From positions 8,965 through 72,964 of the forward strand of contig JAQBEH010000020.1 of assembly GCA_032124015.1 (NCBI GenBank): a stretch of 64,000 bases of DNA, read 5' to 3'. Below, piece after piece: positions 28,043 to 37,362 of the stretch. The translations under genes and the position numbers were made by a program. Numbering within the stretch: position 1 is the first letter of the stretch; the number at the start of each line of letters is the position of its first letter. Origin of the DNA: Acidobacteriota bacterium. Lineage in GTDB: Bacteria; Acidobacteriota; Polarisedimenticolia; Polarisedimenticolales; DASRJG01. The notes beneath the pieces are model-generated. The model did not search any database. It was not told the origin of the DNA and saw only the letters and a program-made list of their open reading frames with translations.

Positions 28043-29068
28043 ATGAAGAACAGTCTCCATCTGCTCGTTCTCGCCGCCTGCGTTGCCGGGACGGCCTTCG
28101 CCGAATCGGCGCCTCCACCGGGCATGGTGTTCATTCCCGGCGGAACCTTCGCCATGGGGAGCACGCTTCCCGGCAGCGCGAGGGACGAGCAACCGGTGGT
28201 GCAGGTCACCCTCGATGGTTTCTGGATGGATGCCACCGACGTGACCAACGCTCAGTTCCTGAAGTTCGTCAAGGCGACCGGCTACAAGACGATCGCGGAG
28301 CGACCGATCGATTGGGACGAGTTGAAAAATACCGTCCCACCCAACACGCCAAGACCCACCGACGAGCAGTTGCAGCCGGGGGCCGTGACGTTCTCGCCGC
28401 TGCCTGGCGCGATCGATAGGAGAGCCGAGGAGAGCTGGTGGGACTGGACGCGGGGTGCCAGCTGGCAGCGTCCCGAGGGCCCCGGGAGCGATCTTGCGGG
28501 CCGCGAGGATCACCCGGTCGTTCTCGTGGCCTGGGATGATGCGGTTGCCTACGCGACATGGGCCGACAAGCGGCTCCCCACCGAGGCCGAATGGGAATAC
28601 GCAGCCCGCGGCGGCCTCGCGGGCAAACGTTTCGCCTGGGGCGACGAGTTCAAACCCGGCGGGAAATTCATGGCCAACACGTGGACCGGCGTTTTCCCGG
28701 AAAAAAACACCGCCGAAGACGGCTTCGCCGGCACCTCGCCCGTCAAGACCTTCCCCGCCAATGGCTACGGCCTCTACGACATGGGCGGCAACGTCTGGAA
28801 CTGGTGCAGCGATTGGTACCGGGTGGATACGCTCGCCCGTGCCAAGCTCGCAGGGAACACCGTCAACCCCATCGGTCCGAGTTCGAGCTACTCGCCTGGG
28901 CATCCCCTCCAGCAGGAACGAGTCGTCAAGGGCGGGTCTTTTCTCTGCAATGCGGACTACAGCGAAGGCTATCGGCCCAGCGCCCGACGCGGTTCCTCGA
29001 CCGACACCGGCATGAGCCACATCGGATTTCGCTGCGCGAAGAGCGCAGCCAAGGCAGGGCCGAACTAG
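28043..29068 (+). CDS. Formylglycine-generating enzyme (SUMF1/FGE-sulfatase) family protein, secreted
   Basis: Signal peptide MKNSLHLLVLAACVAGTAFA. MVFIPGGTFAMGS; DATDVTNAQFLKFVKATGY; EAEWEYAARGG; GNVWNWCSDWY; RVVKGGSFLC; HIGFRCA. Confidence 0.85.
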   Translation: MKNSLHLLVLAACVAGTAFAESAPPPGMVFIPGGTFAMGSTLPGSARDEQPVVQVTLDGFWMDATDVTNAQFLKFVKATGYKTIAERPIDWDELKNTVPPNTPRPTDEQLQPGAVTFSPLPGAIDRRAEESWWDWTRGASWQRPEGPGSDLAGREDHPVVLVAWDDAVAYATWADKRLPTEAEWEYAARGGLAGKRFAWGDEFKPGGKFMANTWTGVFPEKNTAEDGFAGTSPVKTFPANGYGLYDMGGNVWNWCSDWYRVDTLARAKLAGNTVNPIGPSSSYSPGHPLQQERVVKGGSFLCNADYSEGYRPSARRGSSTDTGMSHIGFRCAKSAAKAGPN

Positions 29069-31623
29069 CCGCCCGCTCGCGGCCCTTCGACGAGCCTACG
29101 ACACATCTCGGCCTGCCTGCGCCACGCGGCTTCCCCCGCGGGGTCCGCGCGCAGGGCGTCGAGTTGAGGTTCGTCGCATCCCAACCGGTAGAGGCCAAAG
29201 CGCGTTGCGCGAGTCGCCAAGGCGGCCTCGCGCGAGCGCTCCGCGTCCTTGTCGATCCCCGCGCGCACGTACAAAAGGTGAGCGTCGCGCTCTAAAGCGA
29301 CCGCGGATCGAAGCGCCGGATCGGCGTCGTTTCCGAGGAGTTCGTCGATGGATCCTGGTGGCTGTGCGAGCAGGGTGGCGATCTCGCCATCCGACATCGT
29401 GCGGCCGTACCGGCGGAAGAACTCGATCCAGGGCCGGTCGTCGGTGATGAGGTCGGCGCCGGCGGACCAACGCGCAACCCCGGCACGATCGAGGAGGTAG
29501 GTCCCGAGAAGAGCTTCCGGGGTTTCGAAGTAGGCGTCGTCGAGGCTCGCTTTGGTCGTCGAAGATGCGTAGGCCGCCCGCAGGCTCGAGAGGTTCAGGC
29601 GCAGCGGTTGATCGGAGCCGATGAGAACCGCGTCGCGGATCGACGGCATCCAGAGTTGAACGTAAGGGAAGGCCTCGACGAACGTCCGGGCCGTCGCCTT
29701 CGCCGAAGCGAGGCTCTGCGCGTGAAGGGGGAGCCACTGGGCCACCACACCTCCCGAAGCCAGGCGCGCGCGGCACAACCGGTAGAAGTCGAGCGTGTAG
29801 AGGTGAACCGATCCCGCCACGATCGGCGGGGGCGGCTCGAGCGTGATCACTCCGTAACGCCGGTCGGACAGCGCGAGGACGTGCCGTCCGTCCGCGTTCA
29901 TGATCCGCACCTTGGGGTCACGATAGGCGGCCCGGTTCTCCCGGTCGAAGATGGGAAGCGCCGCGAGCACCGATTCGCTGAGATCGATCGCATCGATCGC
30001 GGTGACGGACTCGTGCGAGGCGAGCGCGGAGAGGGTGATCCCGGTCCCCACGCAGATGACGAGTCCGCGCGTCGGCGTGGGAGCGAACAGGGCGGGGAGG
30101 TGGCCTTCGGCCGCCATGTACCGCCAGACGGGCTTCACCGTCGCCGTCATCGCGATTCCGTTGACGAGCACGCTCTTGGCGTCGGGATCGCGGAAGCCGT
30201 ACTCGCGACGCACGACCGCAACGGTGTCGGTTGCACCTTCCCGGTAGAACAGCGTTTCGCCGGTCGTTGCTTTCGATCGGCCGGTGCGGGAAAACGCCTC
30301 GATGTAGGGACGCGGTGGGAAAAAGACAACGAGTCCACTCGCCGCGACGATCGCGACGGCCGCCCACCCCCTCGCCGTGCGTCCCCACGCGAGGATGGCG
30401 GCGATCGCGCCGGCGCTTGCGCCGAGCGTTGCGAGAAGGGCCAAGGAGCGAGACGCGCCCAACGCCGGGAGCAGCACGAGGCCGGAAACGAGGGCCCCCG
30501 CAATCGCCCCAGCGGTGTTGGCCGCGTAAACCGTTCCAACGGCGCTTCCGGCGCTCCCGGCGGCTCCGGAGAACACGCGGATCGCGAGGGGAAGGGCCAT
30601 GCCGCAAAGGATCGTCGGAGGGAGAACAACCGGCCCGGCGTGGAGCACTCCACTCCACAGGAGCGCCGAAAAGCCACCTCCCTCGGACGGCGCGGTCAAA
30701 ATACCGGGGAGCCAGACGACGCTCGCCGCGACGAACGCCCCCGAGGCGAGTTGCACGACGGCGAGCGCCTTCAACGCGTCTTGGATGCGGCTTTCGAACC
30801 GGGCGAGAACCAGGGCCCCGATCACGAGCCCGACGAGAAAAAGCGAGAGCATGAGACTGAACGAGTAGGCGTAGGAGCGGAGCGGGAGCACGAGGAGTCG
30901 CGTCCAAACCACCTCGTAGCCGAGCGCCGCGGCGCCACCGAGGGCGGCGATCGCGGCGACGATCGCACCCTTTGCGGGGTGCCGATCCGGAGTCTCCGAT
31001 GCGGCCGCCTCGAGGGGCGCGCCGGGTCTCGTCGGGAGTGCCATGGCCACCGCCCCAACGGTAAAGGCGAGGCCAGCGCACAGCCAGCCGGTCGCCGAAA
31101 CGCCGATCGCTTCGAACAAGATGAACCCGGCGAGCGCCGCCCCGAACGCCGCGCCGAGCGTGTTCGCGCCGTACAGCGTGGCGAGCGGGCCCAAAAGCCG
31201 CCCGCCGCCTCGAAGCAAGTGGCGCGTCAGAGCGGGGAGCGTCCCGCCCATCAGAATCGTCGGCGGCAGCAGCAGCACCGCGGCGATCGCCGCCGCCACC
31301 GCGAATCCGGCGGGGCCCGGGCCGGCGGCTCGCACCGGCGAAAGGAGGAGATCCCTGCCGTAGGTCAGAACGGCGACCGCGACAATACCCGTGAAGCCGA
31401 CGCCAAGCTCCAGCACCGCGTAAAGACGTAAGGGGCGCGCCGTTTTGTCCGCCACCCGGCCGAAGATCGCGGCACCCAAGGAAAGCCCGCCGAGAAACGT
31501 CGCGAGGGTCAGAGCCGTCGCGGCGACGTCGCTTCCGACGTAAAGGGCGAGCTGCCGGCGGAAGACGATCTCCAGTCCGAGCGACGCGAACCCCGAGAGG
31601 AAGAACAAGCCAAGAATAATCAC
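29065..31623 (-). CDS. Fused polytopic membrane (MFS-like)/spermidine synthase-like protein with C-terminal helical repeats
   Basis: The N-terminal half is a run of hydrophobic helices (MIILGLFFLSGFASLGLEIVF...). The central region has GLVICVGTGITL...IDAIDLS...YGVITLEPPPP (aminopropyl/methyltransferase fold). Confidence 0.8.
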   Translation of the reverse strand: MIILGLFFLSGFASLGLEIVFRRQLALYVGSDVAATALTLATFLGGLSLGAAIFGRVADKTARPLRLYAVLELGVGFTGIVAVAVLTYGRDLLLSPVRAAGPGPAGFAVAAAIAAVLLLPPTILMGGTLPALTRHLLRGGGRLLGPLATLYGANTLGAAFGAALAGFILFEAIGVSATGWLCAGLAFTVGAVAMALPTRPGAPLEAAASETPDRHPAKGAIVAAIAALGGAAALGYEVVWTRLLVLPLRSYAYSFSLMLSLFLVGLVIGALVLARFESRIQDALKALAVVQLASGAFVAASVVWLPGILTAPSEGGGFSALLWSGVLHAGPVVLPPTILCGMALPLAIRVFSGAAGSAGSAVGTVYAANTAGAIAGALVSGLVLLPALGASRSLALLATLGASAGAIAAILAWGRTARGWAAVAIVAASGLVVFFPPRPYIEAFSRTGRSKATTGETLFYREGATDTVAVVRREYGFRDPDAKSVLVNGIAMTATVKPVWRYMAAEGHLPALFAPTPTRGLVICVGTGITLSALASHESVTAIDAIDLSESVLAALPIFDRENRAAYRDPKVRIMNADGRHVLALSDRRYGVITLEPPPPIVAGSVHLYTLDFYRLCRARLASGGVVAQWLPLHAQSLASAKATARTFVEAFPYVQLWMPSIRDAVLIGSDQPLRLNLSSLRAAYASSTTKASLDDAYFETPEALLGTYLLDRAGVARWSAGADLITDDRPWIEFFRRYGRTMSDGEIATLLAQPPGSIDELLGNDADPALRSAVALERDAHLLYVRAGIDKDAERSREAALATRATRFGLYRLGCDEPQLDALRADPAGEAAWRRQAEMCRRLVEGPRAGG

Positions 31624-31688
31624 TGGGCGATTGTAAGCGTCTGGCGTGTTTTCGCCCGAATCCGTTTATCCTTCGCCCGCCTCCGAAA

Positions 31689-32513
31689 GTGAGAGAGGCG
31701 GGGGAGCCGATGGCGCGTCTCGAGGTCCCGCTGCAAACGATCGGGTTCATGGAAACAAGGCGCCGCGACCGCTGGTGGGTCCAGCCCTCGGTGGTCTTCA
31801 CGATCCTGTCGAGCTTCTTGGTCTACGCGACGTGGGCCGCGTTCCAAAACGGGCACTACCACTTCGGAAACTACCTCTCGCCGCTCTATTCGCCCGAAAT
31901 CTGGGGTGGATCCAAGCACGCACTCTTAGGCGGCAAGCCGGGATGGTGGCCCCCATGGCTCCCATTTTCTCCCGCCCTCATCATCCTTCCGTTCCCCGCA
32001 CTGTTTCGATTCACTTGCTACTACTACCGGGGCGCCTACTACAAGTCGATGTGGGCCGACCCGCCGGCCTGCACCGTCGGCGAGCCCCGATCGAGCTACT
32101 GGGGCGAGAACCGTTTCCCGCTGATCCTGCAAAACGCCCACCGCTATTTCCTCTACGCGACGATGCCTCTTCTCATGTTCCTCGCCCATGACGCGTACCA
32201 CGCGTTCTGGTTTTTCGACCCGGCAACCGGCCAGGAGCGGTTCGGCATCGGCGTGGGATCGATCGTCCTGACAGCCAACGTCGTTCTCCTTTCGGGGTAT
32301 TCGTTCGGGTGCCACTCGTTCCGCCATCGCATCGGCGGCCACTTCGACACCCTTTCGCGCCACCCCATACGATCCCGGCTCTACGACTGCGCGAGTTGCC
32401 TGAACCGGGGGCACATGCGATGGGCTTGGCTCAGTTTGTTCATCGTGGCGTTTTCCGACATCTACGTCCGCATGTGCTCGATGGGGATCTGGACGGACTG
32501 GAGACTCTTCTGA
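31689..32513 (+). CDS. Succinate dehydrogenase/fumarate reductase membrane anchor (cytochrome b-type), putative
   Basis: About five hydrophobic segments with conserved His residues. Its stop overlaps the sdhA start. The call rests mainly on position upstream of sdhA-sdhB. Confidence 0.6.
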   Translation: MREAGEPMARLEVPLQTIGFMETRRRDRWWVQPSVVFTILSSFLVYATWAAFQNGHYHFGNYLSPLYSPEIWGGSKHALLGGKPGWWPPWLPFSPALIILPFPALFRFTCYYYRGAYYKSMWADPPACTVGEPRSSYWGENRFPLILQNAHRYFLYATMPLLMFLAHDAYHAFWFFDPATGQERFGIGVGSIVLTANVVLLSGYSFGCHSFRHRIGGHFDTLSRHPIRSRLYDCASCLNRGHMRWAWLSLFIVAFSDIYVRMCSMGIWTDWRLF

Positions 32514-34327
32514 TGGCGGACTACCCCACCGAAAAGCACGACGTCCTCGTCATCGGCGCCGGCGGCGCGGGCTTGCGCGCGGCGATCGCGGCCGCAGAGG
32601 CCGGGGCCTCGGTCGGCCTCATCTGCAAATCGCTCCTCGGGAAGGCGCACACCGTCATGGCGGAAGGCGGCGTCGCGGCAGCGTTGGGAAACGTCGACGA
32701 CCGCGACAACTGGAAGGTCCACTTCGCGGACACGATGCGCGGCGGCCAGTACGTCAACAACTGGCGGATGGCCGAGCTGCACGCACAAGAAGCGCCCGAG
32801 CGCGTCCGCGAGCTCGAGGCGTGGGGCGCGGTGTTCGACCGCACGGCGGACGGCCGCATCCTGCAGCGGAATTTCGGCGGCCATCGCTACCCGCGGCTGG
32901 CACACGTGGGCGACCGGACCGGACTCGAGATGATCCGCACGCTGCAGGATCATGCGATCCACCTCGGGATCCGTGTCTACATGGAGCACACGATCACCGC
33001 GCTTATGAAAAACGGCGATCGCATCGCCGGTGCGTTCGGCTACGACCGCGAGCGTGGCTACCTTCGCGTGTACGCTGCTCCAGCGATCGTCCTTGCGACC
33101 GGCGGTGTCGGACGGGCCTACACGATCACCAGCAACAGCTGGGAGTACACCGGGGACGGGCACGCGCTCGCGTACCACGCCGGTGCCGACCTCATGGACC
33201 TGGAGTTCGTCCAGTTTCATCCCACCGGCATGGTCTGGCCCCCGAGCGTCCGCGGGATCCTCGTTACGGAAGGCGTGCGTGGGGAGGGAGGCGTTCTCCT
33301 CAACAAAGAGGGGCGCCGTTTCCTGTTCGACGACATCCCCGAAAACTATCGAGGCCAGACCGCGGACAACGAAGAGGAGGGCTGGCGATACACGCAGGGG
33401 GACAAGAACGCGAGGCGCCCCCCGGAACTTCTGACTCGCGACCACGTGGCCCGCTGCATCATGCGCGAGGTCCGGGCCGGGCGGGGAAGCCCGCACGGCG
33501 GCGTTTATCTCGACATCGCCTGGATCGCGAAGCGGCTCCCGAAGGCCGCGGAGCACATCAAAAAGAAACTCCCGAGTATGTACCACCAGTTCAAGCAACT
33601 GGCCGGGATCGACATCACGAAAGAGCCGATGGAGGTGGGCCCGACGACGCACTACATCATGGGCGGGATCAGGGTGAACGGCGACACGCAGATGTCGACG
33701 GTGCCGGGCCTATTCGCTGCCGGAGAATGCGCGGCCGGCCTCCACGGCGCCAACCGGTTGGGGGGCAATTCTCTGTCGGACCTCCTCGTGTTCGGCAAGC
33801 GCGCGGGCGAGCATGCCGCCGCGTTCGCGAAACACCACGAAGCCCGAAGCGTGAACGACAGCGAGATCGACGCCGCGGCCGACGCGCTGCTCGCCCCGTT
33901 CCAGCGCGGCGACGCGGGGGAGGCGCCGTATCGCATCCAGCACGAGTTGCAGGGCCTCATGCAGGACAAGGTGGGGATCGTGCGGCGCGAGGCCGAAATG
34001 GAAGAGGCGCTCGCGGGAATCGAGAAACTCGCGATCCGGGCCGCGGCCGTCGGGGCGGCCGGGAACCGCGAGTACAACCCCGGCTGGCACACGGCCATCG
34101 ACCTCGGCTCGATGCTCACCTGTGCTGCGGCCATCACGCGCTCGGCATTGACGCGAAAGGAGAGCCGGGGCGGCCACTTCCGCGACGATCATCCAGACAA
34201 AGTGGCGGAATTCGGCACGTTCAACACTGTCTGCCGCAAGGGGCCCGACGGGCGCCTTGCCGTCGTTCGCGAGCCGATCCCGGAAATGCGCTCCGATCTC
34301 AAACGGATCATCGAGGAGAACGCGTGA
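32513..34327 (+). CDS. sdhA: Succinate dehydrogenase/fumarate reductase flavoprotein subunit
   Basis: HDVLVIGAGGAGLRAAI; SLLGKAHTVMAEGG (covalent FAD His); FVQFHPTG; GLFAAGECA..GLHGANRLGGNSL; ESRGGHFR. Confidence 0.9.
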   Translation: MADYPTEKHDVLVIGAGGAGLRAAIAAAEAGASVGLICKSLLGKAHTVMAEGGVAAALGNVDDRDNWKVHFADTMRGGQYVNNWRMAELHAQEAPERVRELEAWGAVFDRTADGRILQRNFGGHRYPRLAHVGDRTGLEMIRTLQDHAIHLGIRVYMEHTITALMKNGDRIAGAFGYDRERGYLRVYAAPAIVLATGGVGRAYTITSNSWEYTGDGHALAYHAGADLMDLEFVQFHPTGMVWPPSVRGILVTEGVRGEGGVLLNKEGRRFLFDDIPENYRGQTADNEEEGWRYTQGDKNARRPPELLTRDHVARCIMREVRAGRGSPHGGVYLDIAWIAKRLPKAAEHIKKKLPSMYHQFKQLAGIDITKEPMEVGPTTHYIMGGIRVNGDTQMSTVPGLFAAGECAAGLHGANRLGGNSLSDLLVFGKRAGEHAAAFAKHHEARSVNDSEIDAAADALLAPFQRGDAGEAPYRIQHELQGLMQDKVGIVRREAEMEEALAGIEKLAIRAAAVGAAGNREYNPGWHTAIDLGSMLTCAAAITRSALTRKESRGGHFRDDHPDKVAEFGTFNTVCRKGPDGRLAVVREPIPEMRSDLKRIIEENA

Positions 34328-35067
34328 AGCCCGAGGCCACTTTCGGTGTTTGGCGCGGCGATCGCCAAGGCGGCGCCTTCGTGAACTACACCACGCCGAT
34401 CGAGGAGGGCATGGTCGTACTCGATGCGATCCATGCGATCCAGGCCGATCAGGCCAACGATCTCGCGGTGAGGTGGAACTGCAAGGCCGGCAAATGCGGT
34501 TCCTGCTCGGCCGAGATCAACGGTATGCCGAAGCTCATGTGCATGACCCGACTCTCCGATCTACCGCTGTCATCTCCTGTAACGGTGGAGCCGATGCGCG
34601 CTTTTCCGCCCGTTCGCGACCTCGTGACCGACGTCTCCTGGAACTTCGAAGCCAAAAAGACAATCCCGAAGTTCAAGCCCCGCGCCCCCGACGCCGCGGA
34701 TGGCACCTGGCGCATGCAGCAGGAAGACATCGAGCGAGTTCAAGAGTTTCGCAAGTGCATCGAGTGCTTCCTCTGCCAGGACGTGTGCCACGTCCTGCGC
34801 GAGCACCAAGAACACTCGCGGTTCGTGGGGCCGCGCCTTCTGGTCTACACGGCGGCCCTCGAAATGCACCCCTTGGATGTCGGCGACCGAACCGACGGTG
34901 TGAAGCGCCTCCACGGTATCGGCTATTGCAACATCACGAAATGCTGCACGAACGTCTGTCCCGAGAACATCGCCATTACGGACAACGCCATTATTCCGCT
35001 CAAGGAGCGGGTCGCCGACCGGTTCTACGATCCGTTGGGCCGGTTGTTCCGCCTGCTCCAGTGGTGA
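34324..35067 (+). CDS. sdhB: Succinate dehydrogenase/fumarate reductase iron-sulfur subunit
   Basis: GTG overlaps the sdhA stop (GTGA). RWNCKAGKCGSCSAEING (2Fe-2S); CIECFLCQDVC; CNITKCCTNVCP (4Fe-4S/3Fe-4S). Confidence 0.9.
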   Translation: MKPEATFGVWRGDRQGGAFVNYTTPIEEGMVVLDAIHAIQADQANDLAVRWNCKAGKCGSCSAEINGMPKLMCMTRLSDLPLSSPVTVEPMRAFPPVRDLVTDVSWNFEAKKTIPKFKPRAPDAADGTWRMQQEDIERVQEFRKCIECFLCQDVCHVLREHQEHSRFVGPRLLVYTAALEMHPLDVGDRTDGVKRLHGIGYCNITKCCTNVCPENIAITDNAIIPLKERVADRFYDPLGRLFRLLQW

Positions 35068-35075
35068 GGTGATCC

Positions 35076-35585
35076 ATGGTAGAGACCTTCACGTTGAAAC
35101 CGATCTCGCGGGAAGCGGTCCCGGCCGCCCTCGAGAAAGCCCACCGGTACCGCCTCCTCAACCAGCCGGTTCAGGCCGAAAGCATCTGCCTCGACATCCT
35201 CGCCGTAGACCCGGACAACGCCGAGGCCCTCGTGGCGCTGTTCCTTACGCTGACCGATCAGTTCCCAAGGCACATCCAGCCGGCGTTCGACCGCGCCCGC
35301 GCCTTGCTCTCGCGACTGCCCGACGCGTACTCGCGCGCCTACTACGAGGGGATCCTCTGCGAACGGCGGGGGAAAGCCCACTTCCGCTCGGGGAACCCCA
35401 TGGCGGGAACGATGGCGTTCGAGTGGCTGGAAAGGGCGATGGGTTTCTACGAACGGGCCGAGGCGGTGCGCCCCCCCGAAGACGACGACGCGGTCTTGCG
35501 CTGGAACAGTTGCGCTCGCATGCGGATGGCCAACGACAACATTCGCCCGCCGGTCGACGACAGGTCGGAGTCCATGCTCGAGTAA
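35076..35585 (+). CDS. Hypothetical helical (TPR-like) protein
   Basis: ATG follows GAGGTGA. AESICLDILAVDPDNAEALVALFLTL is TPR-like. No family recognised. Confidence 0.5.
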   Translation: MVETFTLKPISREAVPAALEKAHRYRLLNQPVQAESICLDILAVDPDNAEALVALFLTLTDQFPRHIQPAFDRARALLSRLPDAYSRAYYEGILCERRGKAHFRSGNPMAGTMAFEWLERAMGFYERAEAVRPPEDDDAVLRWNSCARMRMANDNIRPPVDDRSESMLE

Positions 35586-35587
35586 TT

Positions 35588-35657
35588 GGGGACATTCTTC
35601 TTTTTCGCAACAAAGCTCCCCGGATACCGCTTTGTTGCGAAAAATAAGAATGTCCCC
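35588..35657. terminator. Long AT-rich inverted repeat (29-bp stem, one mismatch, 12-nt loop) filling the gap between convergent genes
   Basis: ggggacattcttctttttcgcaacaaagc (35588-35616) pairs with gctttgttgcgaaaaataagaatgtcccc (35629-35657). It abuts the stops at 35585 (+) and 35658 (-). Confidence 0.6.
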
Positions 35658-37301
35658 TCATTCACCGTCGGGAGGGCCGAGGAGGACGTACTCGTGGCGG
35701 TTGATGCGTCCCTCGGCCAGGACGGACAAGGTATCGATCGGCCGTGCGCCGCGCATGCGATCGTAGCGTTCACGCAGGAGGATCGCGTAGCGGGATCGCT
35801 CGTTCGTCAGGACGTCGACCAGTTCCTCGTCGGACCAATAGACCGCCGTCTTGCGCAGCGTATAGAACATGAACTGCTCGAACTTCGCGTTGTCGACGGC
35901 GATGCGCTCGCCCCTGGGCGCCGCGGCGTCCATGCGCTCGCAAAACAGCCGGGCCGATTGCATGCGCGACCACGTGGCGCCGCCGACGGTGCCGGCGAGG
36001 AAGAGCGCCACCAAGGATCCGGCGATGGCGCTCGCGATGGCGGCCTCGCGAAGCCCCCGTCGCAACAGCACGAGGCCGAAGGAGGCGCCCGCCGCCAACG
36101 CGAGCCCCGAAACGACCAGCGCGATCGCGCCGCCGGTCCCCGCGGCTACGGACAAGGCCTCAGGAATCGAAACCACCCCGGAGGCGAGCGCCACCGGGGC
36201 GACCACGCCGAGCACGATTCCAAAAACGGCCATCAGGGCGAAGCCGAACGTGCCGAGGCCAGCCTGCACCACCGCAGCCGCGATGACCAAAGAGATCGCG
36301 GGGAACGCTTCCATCATGTAGACGCCCCGTTTCCCCGACGAGCCCGAAAAAAGGAAAAGGCCGAACAGCGTGAACAAGGCGGCGGTGCGCGCGGCGATGG
36401 TCCCGCGTTCGTCGCTTCCGGAGGCCGGATTTCGGATGATGAACGCGATCGCCGCCGGCAGGAATGCAACCCAGGGGACGAGGTCGGCGGGCATTTGGTA
36501 CGAGTAGAACCACCATGGCTGCACCGAGTTCCAGGCGTTCGTGTAGCGGTGAAGGTTCTGATGGATCGTCGCCTCATAGACGAAGTCCCATCCGGCCCGC
36601 ACGCCGAGCCCGTAGATCCAGGCACCGACGATCAGGAACGCCACGCCGACCCCCGGATTCCAGGCGATGCGCAGAAGGGGCCGGAAGCGCCGTCGCGCGA
36701 TCGCCTCCGCAACGATCCAGAACACGGGCCAGAGGAGCGCCACGGGTCCCTTCGTGAGAATTCCGAATCCGACGGCCGCCCAACCCGCCGCGATGCAAAA
36801 CAGGGGACGCTTCTGCGAGGGCTCGCCGAAAAGGGCTTCGCTCCACAGCGTGATCGCGATGAAGGCGAACGCGGCCATGGTCATGTCGCACGAGCACCAC
36901 TGGGCCTTTTGGAAGAACTCGACGCCGGTCAAGGTCACCAGCGCCCCGCCGTAGCCGATCGCATCCGATCCCCACAGTCTGCGGCCGAGGCGCGCGGTCA
37001 GGAGAAGGACGACGAGCGCGGCGATCGCGGACGGCACCCGCGAGGTCGCTTCGTTGACCCGGTCGAACGGGAGCGAGGCGATGACGACCGACCAGAACAA
37101 GACCGGAGGCTTGTCGACGTTCTTGTCGTCGCCGATGTAGGGGACGACCCACTCGCCCGAGGATTTCATCGACTGCGCCTGATGCGCGAAGCGGGATTCG
37201 TCCGGAGACATCACCTCGCGGATGGGAAGCGGCACGACGACCAGGAGCGCCCACGCGACGATCAGTCCCGTGCGGGAGAGCAGGCTCTTTGACAGCATCA
37301 T
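35658..37301 (-). CDS. ArnT/PMT-like glycosyltransferase (family 39/83), polytopic membrane protein
   Basis: MMLSKSLLSRTGLIVAWALLVVVPLPIREVMSPDESRFAHQAQSM...GEWVVPYIGDDKNVDKPPVLFW (DE..R and K-P-P-L motifs of the ArnT family), followed by many TM segments. ATG 37301 was chosen over the track start at 37550. Confidence 0.8.
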   Translation of the reverse strand: MMLSKSLLSRTGLIVAWALLVVVPLPIREVMSPDESRFAHQAQSMKSSGEWVVPYIGDDKNVDKPPVLFWSVVIASLPFDRVNEATSRVPSAIAALVVLLLTARLGRRLWGSDAIGYGGALVTLTGVEFFQKAQWCSCDMTMAAFAFIAITLWSEALFGEPSQKRPLFCIAAGWAAVGFGILTKGPVALLWPVFWIVAEAIARRRFRPLLRIAWNPGVGVAFLIVGAWIYGLGVRAGWDFVYEATIHQNLHRYTNAWNSVQPWWFYSYQMPADLVPWVAFLPAAIAFIIRNPASGSDERGTIAARTAALFTLFGLFLFSGSSGKRGVYMMEAFPAISLVIAAAVVQAGLGTFGFALMAVFGIVLGVVAPVALASGVVSIPEALSVAAGTGGAIALVVSGLALAAGASFGLVLLRRGLREAAIASAIAGSLVALFLAGTVGGATWSRMQSARLFCERMDAAAPRGERIAVDNAKFEQFMFYTLRKTAVYWSDEELVDVLTNERSRYAILLRERYDRMRGARPIDTLSVLAEGRINRHEYVLLGPPDGE

Positions 37302-37362
37302 GGGCGCGGACGCTACCACGTCTTGCCTCCCCTTCGGCGCTGGCCTAGACTCGTGCCTCCCT

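Noticed and set aside
29608-31801. 607-aa plus-strand and 627-aa minus-strand alternate-frame ORFs
   Set aside because: They overlap the membrane/spermidine-synthase-like gene (29065..31623 minus), which has coherent TM helices and a methyltransferase-fold core. The alternatives are Arg/Gly-rich.
35586-37292. 568-aa plus-strand ORF
   Set aside because: It is antisense to the ArnT-like GT39 gene, whose polytopic membrane profile and DE..R / KPPL motifs are convincing. The + frame product is a charged low-complexity string.
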